A stretch of DNA of 48,573 bases from Cytophagaceae bacterium. GTDB lineage: Bacteria > Bacteroidota > Bacteroidia > Cytophagales > Spirosomataceae. The stretch lies in contig CANFWR010000001.1 in the NCBI GenBank assembly GCA_947450865.1, positions 1-48,573 of the forward strand, read 5' to 3'. Every line of letters starts with the position of its first letter. Position 1 is the stretch's first letter. Positions 30,708 to 39,105 of this stretch are shown one piece after another. The translations under genes were made by a program, and so were the position numbers. The notes under the pieces are model-generated. The model was not told where the DNA came from and did no database searches. It worked only from the letters and a program-made list of their open reading frames with translations.

Positions 30708-30741
30708 AAAAAGGAGTCGGAACAATTGTTCCGACTTTTTT
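30708..30741 (+). terminator. Intrinsic terminator of fbaA
   Basis: AGTCGGAACAATTGTTCCGACT palindrome followed by T-tract. Confidence 0.88.
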
Positions 30742-30782
30742 GTTGGACGAAAATAAAGAAATGATATTTGTGTAAATTTTAA

Positions 30783-30849
30783 TCCTTCGGACTAAGTCAC
30801 ACATTGACGACTAAGCTGCGAATGCAGCGACTAAGCCGAAGGCGACTAC
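30783..30849 (+). repeat. GACTAA-linker / mini-hairpin array 3
   Basis: TCCTTCG-GACTAA-GTCAcacatTGAC-GACTAA-GCTGCgaatGCAGC-GACTAA-GCCgaaGGC-GACTAC, ending 4 nt before the pirin ATG. Confidence 0.9.
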
Positions 30850-30853
30850 CCTT

Positions 30854-31573
30854 ATGAAAACCGAACTACACCCTGCCTCCTCCCGCGGAACAGCCGATCA
30901 CGGCTGGTTAAAGACCGCCTTTAGTTTTAGCTTTGCTGGTTATTATAATCCGGCGCGCATTCATTTTGGTGCGCTGCGCGTGCTGAATGATGATTTTATT
31001 GCGGCGGGGATGGGTTTTGGCAAACATCCGCATGATAATATGGAAATCGTGACCATTCCGATGAAAGGCGCGGTTGCGCATGAGGATTCGATGGGGACGA
31101 ATGGTATTATTAATGCGGGGGATGTGCAGATCATGTCTGCGGGTTCGGGGATTTACCATTCGGAGTTTAATGCGAGTCAAACAGAAGGTTTGGAACTATT
31201 TCAAATCTGGGTCATGCCCAAACTGAAAAATATCACACCGCGCTACGATCAGCGCACGTACAATCCTGCGGATTTTAAGGGACAATGGAAGACGGTGGTT
31301 TCGCCACTGGGAACGGACATTGATTCATTGCAGGTTAATCAAGATACGTATTTTAATATCACCGAAATTGCCGAAGGCGAAAGCCTGAGCTATGCTTTGC
31401 ATGGGGCACAGCAAGGAGCTTTTGTGTTTGTGATTGAAGGTGGAATTGAATTGGCTGGCGAGAATCTAGGACGTAGAGATGCGATCGGGATTTCGCAGAC
31501 GGATTCCATCGAGGTAAAGGCTTCAGCAGCAGGCACGAAGGTGCTGTTGATTGAGGTACCTATGGTTTGGTAG
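30854..31573 (+). CDS. Pirin-family protein (YhhW-like)
   Basis: DHGWL, FGALRVLNDD, HPHDNMEIVT, HSE, FQIW. Confidence 0.93.
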   Translation: MKTELHPASSRGTADHGWLKTAFSFSFAGYYNPARIHFGALRVLNDDFIAAGMGFGKHPHDNMEIVTIPMKGAVAHEDSMGTNGIINAGDVQIMSAGSGIYHSEFNASQTEGLELFQIWVMPKLKNITPRYDQRTYNPADFKGQWKTVVSPLGTDIDSLQVNQDTYFNITEIAEGESLSYALHGAQQGAFVFVIEGGIELAGENLGRRDAIGISQTDSIEVKASAAGTKVLLIEVPMVW

Positions 31574-31576
31574 ATT

Positions 31577-31631
31577 TAACTTTAGCATAATATTTGCTTA
31601 ATCAGGAGTTTAAATTGATGGCCTATTTTTG
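31577..31631 (+). promoter_or_regulatory. Pho-box-like repeats plus -7 box
   Basis: TAACT 31577, TAATA 31588, TAATC 31599 (11-bp period), 20 nt gap, TATTTTTG 31624. Confidence 0.55.
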
Positions 31632-31650
31632 GTAAACCAAATAGGTAATC

Positions 31651-32451
31651 ATGGGCCATCATTTTCAACCCACCTACAAAACAATCGTTATCTCAGACTT
31701 GCATTTAGGTAGCAAGGGAGCTAAAGCAGCCGAGGTAAACGAATTCTTACGCGCACATTCGTGCCACCAACTCATCTTAAACGGCGATATCATCGACGGC
31801 TGGCAACTGAAAAAAGGAGGCAGCTGGAAGAAGAAGCACACGGGATTTTTCCGTTGTGTGTTAAAGATGATGGATAAGTGGGATACGGAGGTGATTTATT
31901 TGCGCGGGAATCACGATGATTTCTTGGAGCAAGTGCTTCCGTTGAAAATTGGGAAGCAGTTTTCGATTCGCCAGGACTATACGTTGAAGAGTTTTGGCAA
32001 GAAATACTTCATCACACACGGCGATATTTTCGACAGTATTACGAGCCAAATGAAATGGCTAGCCTATTTAGGCGATATCGGCTACACGTTCTTGTTGTGG
32101 TTGAATAAATGGTATAATCAATACCGCACGTGGCAAGGAAAGCCATACTACTCTTTGTCGCAGGTGATTAAGCAGAAAGTGAAGGCGGCGGTGAATTTCA
32201 TCTCGGATTTTGAGGAAAAATTAGCAGAATTAGCGAAGGCCAAAGGCGCGGATGGAATCATCTGTGGCCATATTCACAAGGCTGAAATCAAAATGATCGA
32301 CGGAATCGCGTATATGAATTCTGGCGACTGGGTTGAATCATTGACAGCCTTAGTGGAAACACACAAAGGGGAATGGCAAATCATCGAATTCCCTCACTAC
32401 AATTTGAAAGCAGAGTTAAACGAAATTTTGGGCGAAGCAATCGCTGTTTAA
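31651..32451 (+). CDS. Metallophosphoesterase, PlcP-like phospholipase C (LpxH superfamily)
   Basis: ISDLHLG, GDIIDGW, GNHD, HGDIFD, WLAYLGD, CGHIH, NSGDWVES. Confidence 0.75.
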   Translation: MGHHFQPTYKTIVISDLHLGSKGAKAAEVNEFLRAHSCHQLILNGDIIDGWQLKKGGSWKKKHTGFFRCVLKMMDKWDTEVIYLRGNHDDFLEQVLPLKIGKQFSIRQDYTLKSFGKKYFITHGDIFDSITSQMKWLAYLGDIGYTFLLWLNKWYNQYRTWQGKPYYSLSQVIKQKVKAAVNFISDFEEKLAELAKAKGADGIICGHIHKAEIKMIDGIAYMNSGDWVESLTALVETHKGEWQIIEFPHYNLKAELNEILGEAIAV

Positions 32452-32452
32452 G

Positions 32453-33622
32453 ATGGGCAAATTCATATTTACCGTACAAGGAGAAGGTCGCGGACATTTA
32501 ACACAAGCGATCTCATTTACACAAATCGCACGCGAGGCGGGTCACGAAGTGGTGGGCTATGCCGTGGGATCTTTTCAGGGGCGTAAAATCCCATCCTTCT
32601 TTTTAGATTTCATTGGCGACACTCCCCTATTACAATACAATAGCCCTTCTATTATTTTTGGGAATGGGAAATCGGTCCAACTTTTCAAAACTGCGGCACA
32701 GGCTTTCACGAATTTCAAAACGTTTTGGAAGAGCGCCACTCAATTAGAAGCGTTCGTTGAAGAATTGCAACCGGACGGAATTGTTAATTTCTACGAGTCC
32801 ATCACAGGGTTATATAAATTAAAATCAGGGTCAAAAATCCCGACGATGTCCGTAGGTCATCAATACTTATTATTAAACAAGAACTTCGAAAGTATTCCGG
32901 AGAAGAAAATCGACCGTATTCTATTAAATATGAATACGATGATTACGTCTATCGGTTCGAAGAAGTTATTAGGCTTATCTTTCCGTCCTATTGATAATGA
33001 CGCGAAGATCGAAGTGGTTCCACCACTTTTGCGCCAGCAGGTAAAAAACATTGTACCGAAAGCGGGCGAGCGTTGGTTAGCCTATTTAACGCACTTCCGT
33101 CTTTCAGAAGATATTATGAACTGGTCGAATGCGAATCCGGAGGTAAAATTGGATTGCTTTTGGGATAATCCAGCACGCAGGGAGACCTATCACTATTCCG
33201 ATTCATTGACATTCCATCCGATTGATGCGGAGAATTATTTGGCGAAAATGACGGAATGCGCTGGCTTAATCTCCACAGCAGGTTTTGAGTCAGTAGCTGA
33301 GGCGATGTACCTAGGAAAGCCGGCGATGATGGTTCCAGTGCCTAACCACATCGAACAGATGATTAACGCATTCGATGGCGAGATGTCAGGAGCAGGAATC
33401 GGTGCTTCGTCTTTTGACCTTAGTATCTTCAAAAAATATTTGCCTTCTCACGTGTCGGTTCAAGATCAATACCAACAGTGGGTCGCTAAGTCCCAAAGCT
33501 TAATGGCTGGACACTTATCAGAATTAATTGCACAGCCAGTTTACGTGGCTAACTTCAGAGAAAACCAAGGAACGGGTTTATCTGGCATGTTAGGCAGACG
33601 GAGATTCCGCTGGTCGCGCTAG
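32453..33622 (+). CDS. GT-B glycosyltransferase (GT28/MJ1255-like)
   Basis: QGEGRGH, STAGFESVAEAMYLGKP, HIEQMINA; 1 nt after the upstream gene. Confidence 0.85.
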   Translation: MGKFIFTVQGEGRGHLTQAISFTQIAREAGHEVVGYAVGSFQGRKIPSFFLDFIGDTPLLQYNSPSIIFGNGKSVQLFKTAAQAFTNFKTFWKSATQLEAFVEELQPDGIVNFYESITGLYKLKSGSKIPTMSVGHQYLLLNKNFESIPEKKIDRILLNMNTMITSIGSKKLLGLSFRPIDNDAKIEVVPPLLRQQVKNIVPKAGERWLAYLTHFRLSEDIMNWSNANPEVKLDCFWDNPARRETYHYSDSLTFHPIDAENYLAKMTECAGLISTAGFESVAEAMYLGKPAMMVPVPNHIEQMINAFDGEMSGAGIGASSFDLSIFKKYLPSHVSVQDQYQQWVAKSQSLMAGHLSELIAQPVYVANFRENQGTGLSGMLGRRRFRWSR

Positions 33623-33630
33623 CAACACAT

Positions 33631-33663
33631 AAAAAAAGGCGAATCTTGCGATTCGCCTTTTTT
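33631..33663. terminator. Bidirectional intrinsic terminator
   Basis: A7-GGCGAATC-ttgc-GATTCGCC-T6. Confidence 0.9.
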
Positions 33664-33679
33664 GTTATGACTAAGTAGA

Positions 33680-36600
33680 TTAGAACGTGTAACGCGCTCC
33701 TACTTGCATCTGCCATCTAGATCCCATTTGATCTACCGTGTATGGCGAAGATGGAACGGCAAACTTGTACGTTGGATCAGCTGCTGTACCTGAGTTAATA
33801 CGCGTCAAGCCTAAGCTGGCAGTTGAATTAAAGGTGTTAGGCGCGAAGTAAATTCTACCCCAGTTGCTATTAATTAAGTTCGTCGCGTTCATGATATCTA
33901 AAGAGAACTGTAAATCGTGGCCATTTGACATTTTGATCATATGGTTTAATTTCAAGTCTAAAGTCGCATTCCAAGGGGTACGACCACCGTTACGCTCTGT
34001 GAAATCTCCTTTACGTGTGCTCAAATACTCATCTGCATTGATGTAAGCCATAAACGCTTTCGCTTGATCTGCTGCTGTACCTAATTTGGCATCCGCAACC
34101 ATGTACTTAGCCGCTTCTGTTTCATCTTTAAATAAATAGGCTAATCCAGCCGCTTGTGGTGTATTTGCAATCGTTGAGTTCACAAAACCCCATGTGAAAG
34201 GAGCACCTGATTGTGCACTGAATACCCCTGATAGAGTGGTTGCGCTACCATTTTTGTATACTTTCGTGTAGCCAAATGAACCAATGATTCTATGGCGAAT
34301 ATCGAAGTTCGAGTAAGCTATCTTGGGGTTATTAGGCGTTAAGGATTGGTTTAACTGCCAGTTAGATTCCATTGAGTTACGGATACCGTTTGTTAAGTCA
34401 AAGCTTTCACCAAATGTATAAGCCGTCATAAACGTAAATCCATTCGTGAATGTCTTCGATACTTGAGCCGTTAAGCTGTAACGATGCCCTTCAGAGGTAT
34501 TCGATAATTCGTACGCATTCGCGAAGTTCGTGTTCAATTTTTGACCTGTTGCACCGCCTGATAAATAGATTGGCATTTGCTTCAACACGTCATAAGTGTA
34601 ATACTTAACAGAGTCTTTTAAGTTCACTTGTTGGAATTTCAAGTCATTGATTGTCTTTGTATAGATACCTTCCAAAGTGAATTTGTAACCATCCACCGTG
34701 TGATCCACCGCTACGCTAGAGCGTAATACTTGTGGCATTTTGAAATTATTTGCCATCGCATCTACTTGCGTTAAGCTTTTTTGGCCATTGTTAAAGGCAA
34801 AATCCTTCGCGCCCACTTTCAACACATCTCCTACGTTCTTACCTGCCACATTGCTCACGTCAAAAGAACCAAAACCAACACCGTCATTGTAGAATGCATA
34901 GCCCAACCAAGCGAAAGGAATACGACCCGTGAAGATACCTGATCCCCCACGAATGATAGTAGAACGGTCACCATTCACATCGTAGTTAAATCCTAAACGT
35001 GGAGAAACCAATACTTGACCAAAAATCGAATTAGAAATCTGATTCAATGGTGTTGCCGCATTATACGTAGTACCTGCATTGGGATCTATTTTTGTTGCTG
35101 CAGTTTGAGGACTCAAGGTAGGATTATCCGTGCTAGCCACGTCAAAACGAATACCAGGAGACAATTTCAATTTATCCGTTACTTGAATCTCATCTTGAGC
35201 GTAGATACTGTAAAGTCCTACATTAAAAGTGGCATAAGGATTATTCAAGATTGTTTCGCGGTCGTTATTTGTGAAGCTATAAGATCCACGCACACGGTTC
35301 ACATTACCAGCTAAGAAATCCGCTACACTTTTGTAAGCTACACGACCATTCCAAGAGTTCACAAAACCATAGTTGATATTGTACAACTCATTGTGGGTAC
35401 CGATTAAGAAGGTATGATTTCCTTTGAACCACGTAAAGTTATCTGTGATTTCAAAGGTCTTTTGCTTCATATTGAAGATGGTTGCTTCACGCTCATTTCC
35501 TAAGAAAATCGTTCCGCCATTCGCCGCAATTTCCACTTGTGGGAAAGCTGGGTTTGCACTAGATGGCTCACGTGTATCGCGGATATCTGAATAACCAAAT
35601 ACAAGGCTATTTGAAGCACTGCCAAAGTGGCTCTTTAATTCTGCTACCGTTGAATTCGTACGGTTCACTTGCTTAAAATCCATCGATCCAAAACGGAAGT
35701 TAGACGCATCACGCTCTAAGTTTGTTGCTTCTGAAGCAACGTACGAGTTACGAACTGACAATTGGTGTTTATCTGAGATATTCCAGTCAAAACGGTTAAA
35801 GAATTTATTACTAGATGAGTTGATCGAATAAGCACCAAATGCACCTGGATCAAATCCGTAGTTCGTCTTTAAGAAAGAGGATATAGAGTTTGCTGTCGCA
35901 GCATCGATAATGGTACCTTGATCACCTGCTCCGTAGAACAAGGGCTCGTTACGACGTGTGATCTCTTCGTTTGTAAACCAGAACAATTTGTTCTTGATGA
36001 TAGGTAAACCTAAACGGAAACCTGTTTGAATATCAGAATAGTCAGATGGGATTTTCGAACCATCCCCTGCGTTGTTTGGTCCTGTAATTAATGAGTTACG
36101 ACCGTAAGCATAGGCAGATCCTTTTACTTGGTTTGTACCAGTACGCGTAACTGCGTTAATTGAACCACCGGTAAAGTTACCAATCTTCACATCATAAGGA
36201 GCTACATACACTTGTACATCTTGAATCGCATCTAATGAGATAGGGTTCGTGCGTGTTGAAGAACCAGGCATGCCTGATGTACCGCTTTGGCCCCCTAATG
36301 ATGGGCTAAATCCAATCGCATCGTTATTAATCGTACCATCCACTGTTACGTTGTTGTAACGGAAGTTTGTTCCAGCAAAAGAGTTGGATGAACTACCCTG
36401 AGGAGTCAATTTAGTCATATCGGTTAAACTACGCGAGATCGTAGGAACCGTTTTCATCGCTGCTTCATTTAAGGAAGTAACGGAACCTGTTCTTGTTCCG
36501 CCTTTATCCGCTTTCACCACCACTTCCGTTAACGTTGTCGTTTCTTCCGAAATAACAATATTCACAGATGGGTTAGAGCCTAACGTCAAGTTTAAGTTCT

Positions 36601-36886
36601 CTGCTTTGAAAGGTTTGAATCCTACAAAAGATACCGAAAGTGTGTAAGGCCCGCCTGGATTCATATTTGCCAAAACGAAGTTACCGTCGATCTGGGTAGA
36701 AACACCATAACGCGTTCCTGTGGGCGTATGCACTAAAATTACACTGGCTCCTGGAATTTCTTCTCCTTTCGCATCTTTCACTTTTCCCGCCAAAGAAGCG
36801 GTCGTCACTTGCGCATTTGCATTAAAAGCAAATAAAGTAAAAACAAAAATTAGTAGGCCGAATGCCTTTTGACTAAAATTGTACAT
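33680..36886 (-). CDS. TonB-dependent receptor, Oar-like, with carboxypeptidase-regulatory-like N-domain
   Basis: AQVTTASLAGKV, PGGPY, PISLDAI, GNFTGGSINAVTRTGTN, SPRLGFNYD, C-terminal QVGARYTF; ATG at 36886. Confidence 0.9.
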   Translation of the reverse strand: MYNFSQKAFGLLIFVFTLFAFNANAQVTTASLAGKVKDAKGEEIPGASVILVHTPTGTRYGVSTQIDGNFVLANMNPGGPYTLSVSFVGFKPFKAENLNLTLGSNPSVNIVISEETTTLTEVVVKADKGGTRTGSVTSLNEAAMKTVPTISRSLTDMTKLTPQGSSSNSFAGTNFRYNNVTVDGTINNDAIGFSPSLGGQSGTSGMPGSSTRTNPISLDAIQDVQVYVAPYDVKIGNFTGGSINAVTRTGTNQVKGSAYAYGRNSLITGPNNAGDGSKIPSDYSDIQTGFRLGLPIIKNKLFWFTNEEITRRNEPLFYGAGDQGTIIDAATANSISSFLKTNYGFDPGAFGAYSINSSSNKFFNRFDWNISDKHQLSVRNSYVASEATNLERDASNFRFGSMDFKQVNRTNSTVAELKSHFGSASNSLVFGYSDIRDTREPSSANPAFPQVEIAANGGTIFLGNEREATIFNMKQKTFEITDNFTWFKGNHTFLIGTHNELYNINYGFVNSWNGRVAYKSVADFLAGNVNRVRGSYSFTNNDRETILNNPYATFNVGLYSIYAQDEIQVTDKLKLSPGIRFDVASTDNPTLSPQTAATKIDPNAGTTYNAATPLNQISNSIFGQVLVSPRLGFNYDVNGDRSTIIRGGSGIFTGRIPFAWLGYAFYNDGVGFGSFDVSNVAGKNVGDVLKVGAKDFAFNNGQKSLTQVDAMANNFKMPQVLRSSVAVDHTVDGYKFTLEGIYTKTINDLKFQQVNLKDSVKYYTYDVLKQMPIYLSGGATGQKLNTNFANAYELSNTSEGHRYSLTAQVSKTFTNGFTFMTAYTFGESFDLTNGIRNSMESNWQLNQSLTPNNPKIAYSNFDIRHRIIGSFGYTKVYKNGSATTLSGVFSAQSGAPFTWGFVNSTIANTPQAAGLAYLFKDETEAAKYMVADAKLGTAADQAKAFMAYINADEYLSTRKGDFTERNGGRTPWNATLDLKLNHMIKMSNGHDLQFSLDIMNATNLINSNWGRIYFAPNTFNSTASLGLTRINSGTAADPTYKFAVPSSPYTVDQMGSRWQMQVGARYTF

Positions 36887-36912
36887 TTTGAATATATTGG
36901 TTGTTTGTAGCG

Positions 36913-36990
36913 CAAAGGTAATACGCACACTAACCTTCCAATGTTACCAAATTGTTAAGAGAATGTGAAGTAATTGTTAGGGGCTTGTTA
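36913..36990 (-). promoter_or_regulatory. Five Pho-box-like repeats plus -7 box
   Basis: Plus strand TGTTA at 36942, 36953, TGTGA 36964, TGTTA 36975, 36986; minus-strand TACCTTTG at 36920-36913. Confidence 0.75.
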
Positions 36991-37098
36991 ACAATTCCAA
37001 TATTAAATTTTTAACGGTGTCTAAAAACTTAACACAGATAAATTTTTTATACTGAATACTTTCTCTATGTTTGACCTCTACAAACAGAATTTAATAGC

Positions 37099-37503
37099 AT
37101 GAGTGAGGATAACAAAAAACTAACCGATCAAATCGTTCAAGGAATTTTACCTAAGTTAAAAGGCCTATCAGAAAAGAACGCAAAGAAAGTGTTGCACGAA
37201 ACACACAAATCTATTTCTTCCATTGTGAAGAAGTACAGCAAGTTAATTGCAGACCAAGAAAAAGATAAAGCGAAAGCAAAAGAGAAAGCAGCGAAAGAGG
37301 CAAAAAAGAAGTCAGAAAAAGCAGCAAAGAAAAAAGCGAAAGAAGCGAAGAAACTAGCTAAGGCAAAATTACTTGCTACACTGATTGCTAAAGAAAAGCC
37401 GGCAACTCCGGTGGCGGTTGCTGCAAAATCGAAGGCTGCTGCAAAACCAAAAGCTCCAGTTAAACCGAAGGCTAAACCAAGAGCTCCTAGAGCAAAAAAA
37501 TAA
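37099..37503 (+). CDS. Small Lys/Ala-rich basic protein (histone H1-like composition)
   Basis: KAKAKEKAAKEAKKK ... KPKAPVKPKAKPRAPRAKK; own -7 box TATGTTTG at 37066 and downstream terminator. Confidence 0.65.
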   Translation: MSEDNKKLTDQIVQGILPKLKGLSEKNAKKVLHETHKSISSIVKKYSKLIADQEKDKAKAKEKAAKEAKKKSEKAAKKKAKEAKKLAKAKLLATLIAKEKPATPVAVAAKSKAAAKPKAPVKPKAKPRAPRAKK

Positions 37504-37515
37504 AAGGTATTCAAT

Positions 37516-37551
37516 AAAAAAAGGTGGGATTTATGTCCCACCTTTTTTTTT
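37516..37551. terminator. Bidirectional intrinsic terminator
   Basis: A7-GGTGGGA-tttatg-TCCCACC-T9. Confidence 0.9.
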
Positions 37552-37565
37552 CTTTCTATTCAATC

Positions 37566-39023
37566 TTAACCCGTAATCCAGCGGAAGAATAAAAACAATA
37601 AGGCCGAAAGTACAATCGTTACAGGCAGGGTTAAAATCCAAGCCATGACAATATTCTTTACCGTTCCTCCTTGTAAATTTTTGATGCCGCGCTGCGCTAC
37701 CATCGTTCCAGCAATACCCGAGCTCAGCACGTGTGTTGTACTTACTGGCCATTTATAAGCGGTTGCTAAACCGATTGTTAACGAAGCAATCAATTCTGCC
37801 GAAGCACCTTGCGCATAAGTCAGATGATCTTTTCCAATTTTTTCACCGATCGTAACGACAATACGCTTCCACCCAATCATCGTACCTAGTCCTAAAGAAA
37901 GTGCTACCATCCACATGACCCAATTAGGGGCGAAATCAGTTACGCCAGCCATTCCAGTGCTAGATGAAGCACCAAAAGTAAAGAACGGTGCCTTCGTTCC
38001 AGCGGTTGCTTTTTTCCAAGCAGACTTATCATTTTCTGAAAGGGCTACTGATTCACTTTCAATTAACTTCTTGGAGAATTTATTAATTGTCAAAGCGGCT
38101 TTGCGAATCGCAAATTTTTGATCCGTCGAAAGTGTTGAAGGATTTAAATCCTGTGCTGTGATCACGGCTAATTCAGTAGATGACTGCTTTAGTTGATTTA
38201 AACCATCCCGCTCTTTTTCCGATAATGGGATAGTATCAATCTTTGCTGAAATAGTTTGAACTGTTACTAAACTAGACTTTATCATTTGCATATCTAAAGT
38301 CGTATTAATCGCAAAATAACCTGGCAAGAAAGCGATCAAAATAACCATCACTAAGCCGATTCCTTTTTGGCCATCATTACGACCATGGAAGAAAGAAACT
38401 AGGGTACAAGTCGCAATTAAAATCGAGCGAATCCACATCGGTGGCGGCGATTTTTTCTTAGGCTCTTTGAAAATATCTTTGTTGGTTATCGTCTTTTTAA
38501 GGATGTACATTAAGATGATTGCTAATGCAAAACCAAATAAAGGAGAAAGCAAAAGTGCTTGACCAATTTCAATGACTTTGTCCCAGTTTAACGAAGCCAT
38601 TCCTTTGTTAGATGCCTCTGGAAGTAATGCGTGGCCTACCCCAATACCAATGATAGAACCAATCAAGGTGTGGGAGCTAGACGCTGGAATACCGAAATAC
38701 CAAGTACCTAAATTCCATAAAATAGCCGAAATTAATAAAGAAAGGGCCATCGCCATCGAATGGTAGACATTTGTATCGACGAGCAACTCCGTGGGGAGTA
38801 GACCTATGATACTCATGGTTACCCCTACGCCACCGGTTAATAGCCCTAAAAAGTTCATAAATCCAGACCAAACCACCGCTTGAGTTGGACGCAAAGAATG
38901 CGTATAAATAACGGTTGCCACTGCATTTGCCGTATCGTGAAAACCATTCACAAATTCAAAGGCACAAGCGGCTAATAGGCAAAAACAAAGTAGGAAAAAC
39001 AATGTAGGATCTAATCCGAACAT
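37566..39023 (-). CDS. pitA: Inorganic phosphate transporter, PiT family
   Basis: NGFHDTANAVAT, PASSSH, HGRNDGQK, PVSTTH, AWILTLP. Confidence 0.93.
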   Translation of the reverse strand: MFGLDPTLFFLLCFCLLAACAFEFVNGFHDTANAVATVIYTHSLRPTQAVVWSGFMNFLGLLTGGVGVTMSIIGLLPTELLVDTNVYHSMAMALSLLISAILWNLGTWYFGIPASSSHTLIGSIIGIGVGHALLPEASNKGMASLNWDKVIEIGQALLLSPLFGFALAIILMYILKKTITNKDIFKEPKKKSPPPMWIRSILIATCTLVSFFHGRNDGQKGIGLVMVILIAFLPGYFAINTTLDMQMIKSSLVTVQTISAKIDTIPLSEKERDGLNQLKQSSTELAVITAQDLNPSTLSTDQKFAIRKAALTINKFSKKLIESESVALSENDKSAWKKATAGTKAPFFTFGASSSTGMAGVTDFAPNWVMWMVALSLGLGTMIGWKRIVVTIGEKIGKDHLTYAQGASAELIASLTIGLATAYKWPVSTTHVLSSGIAGTMVAQRGIKNLQGGTVKNIVMAWILTLPVTIVLSALLFLFFRWITG

Positions 39024-39055
39024 AAAACTATTTTTAAAGATAAAAATTCAATTTA

Positions 39056-39099
39056 CTAAGGTAAGGGGCATTTCCAAAACCAATGTTAAGGAATTGTTA
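39056..39099 (-). promoter_or_regulatory. Pho-box-like repeats plus -7 box
   Basis: TGTTA at 39084 and 39095; minus-strand TACCTTAG at 39063-39056; 20 nt gap. Confidence 0.65.
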
Positions 39100-39105
39100 A
39101 ATCCC

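Noticed and set aside
25190-30850. IS element, MITE or prophage
   Set aside because: No transposase, integrase or phage genes, and no clear terminal inverted repeats with target duplication.
30854-31200. Apparently different codon usage in the 5' half of pirin
   Set aside because: A visual impression only; it cannot be quantified without computation.
33669-33674. Single GACTAA after the terminator
   Set aside because: No hairpin follows it; expected by chance.
36887-36928. Upstream GTG/TTG starts in the ORF track (also thiL, rpsH, rplE, fbaA and the second TBDR)
   Set aside because: The extensions overlap promoter or hairpin elements; downstream ATGs give canonical N-termini.
37137-37541. 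134-aa Phe/Ala-rich minus-strand ORF
   Set aside because: Antisense mirror of the Lys/Ala-rich gene, which has the promoter and terminator support.
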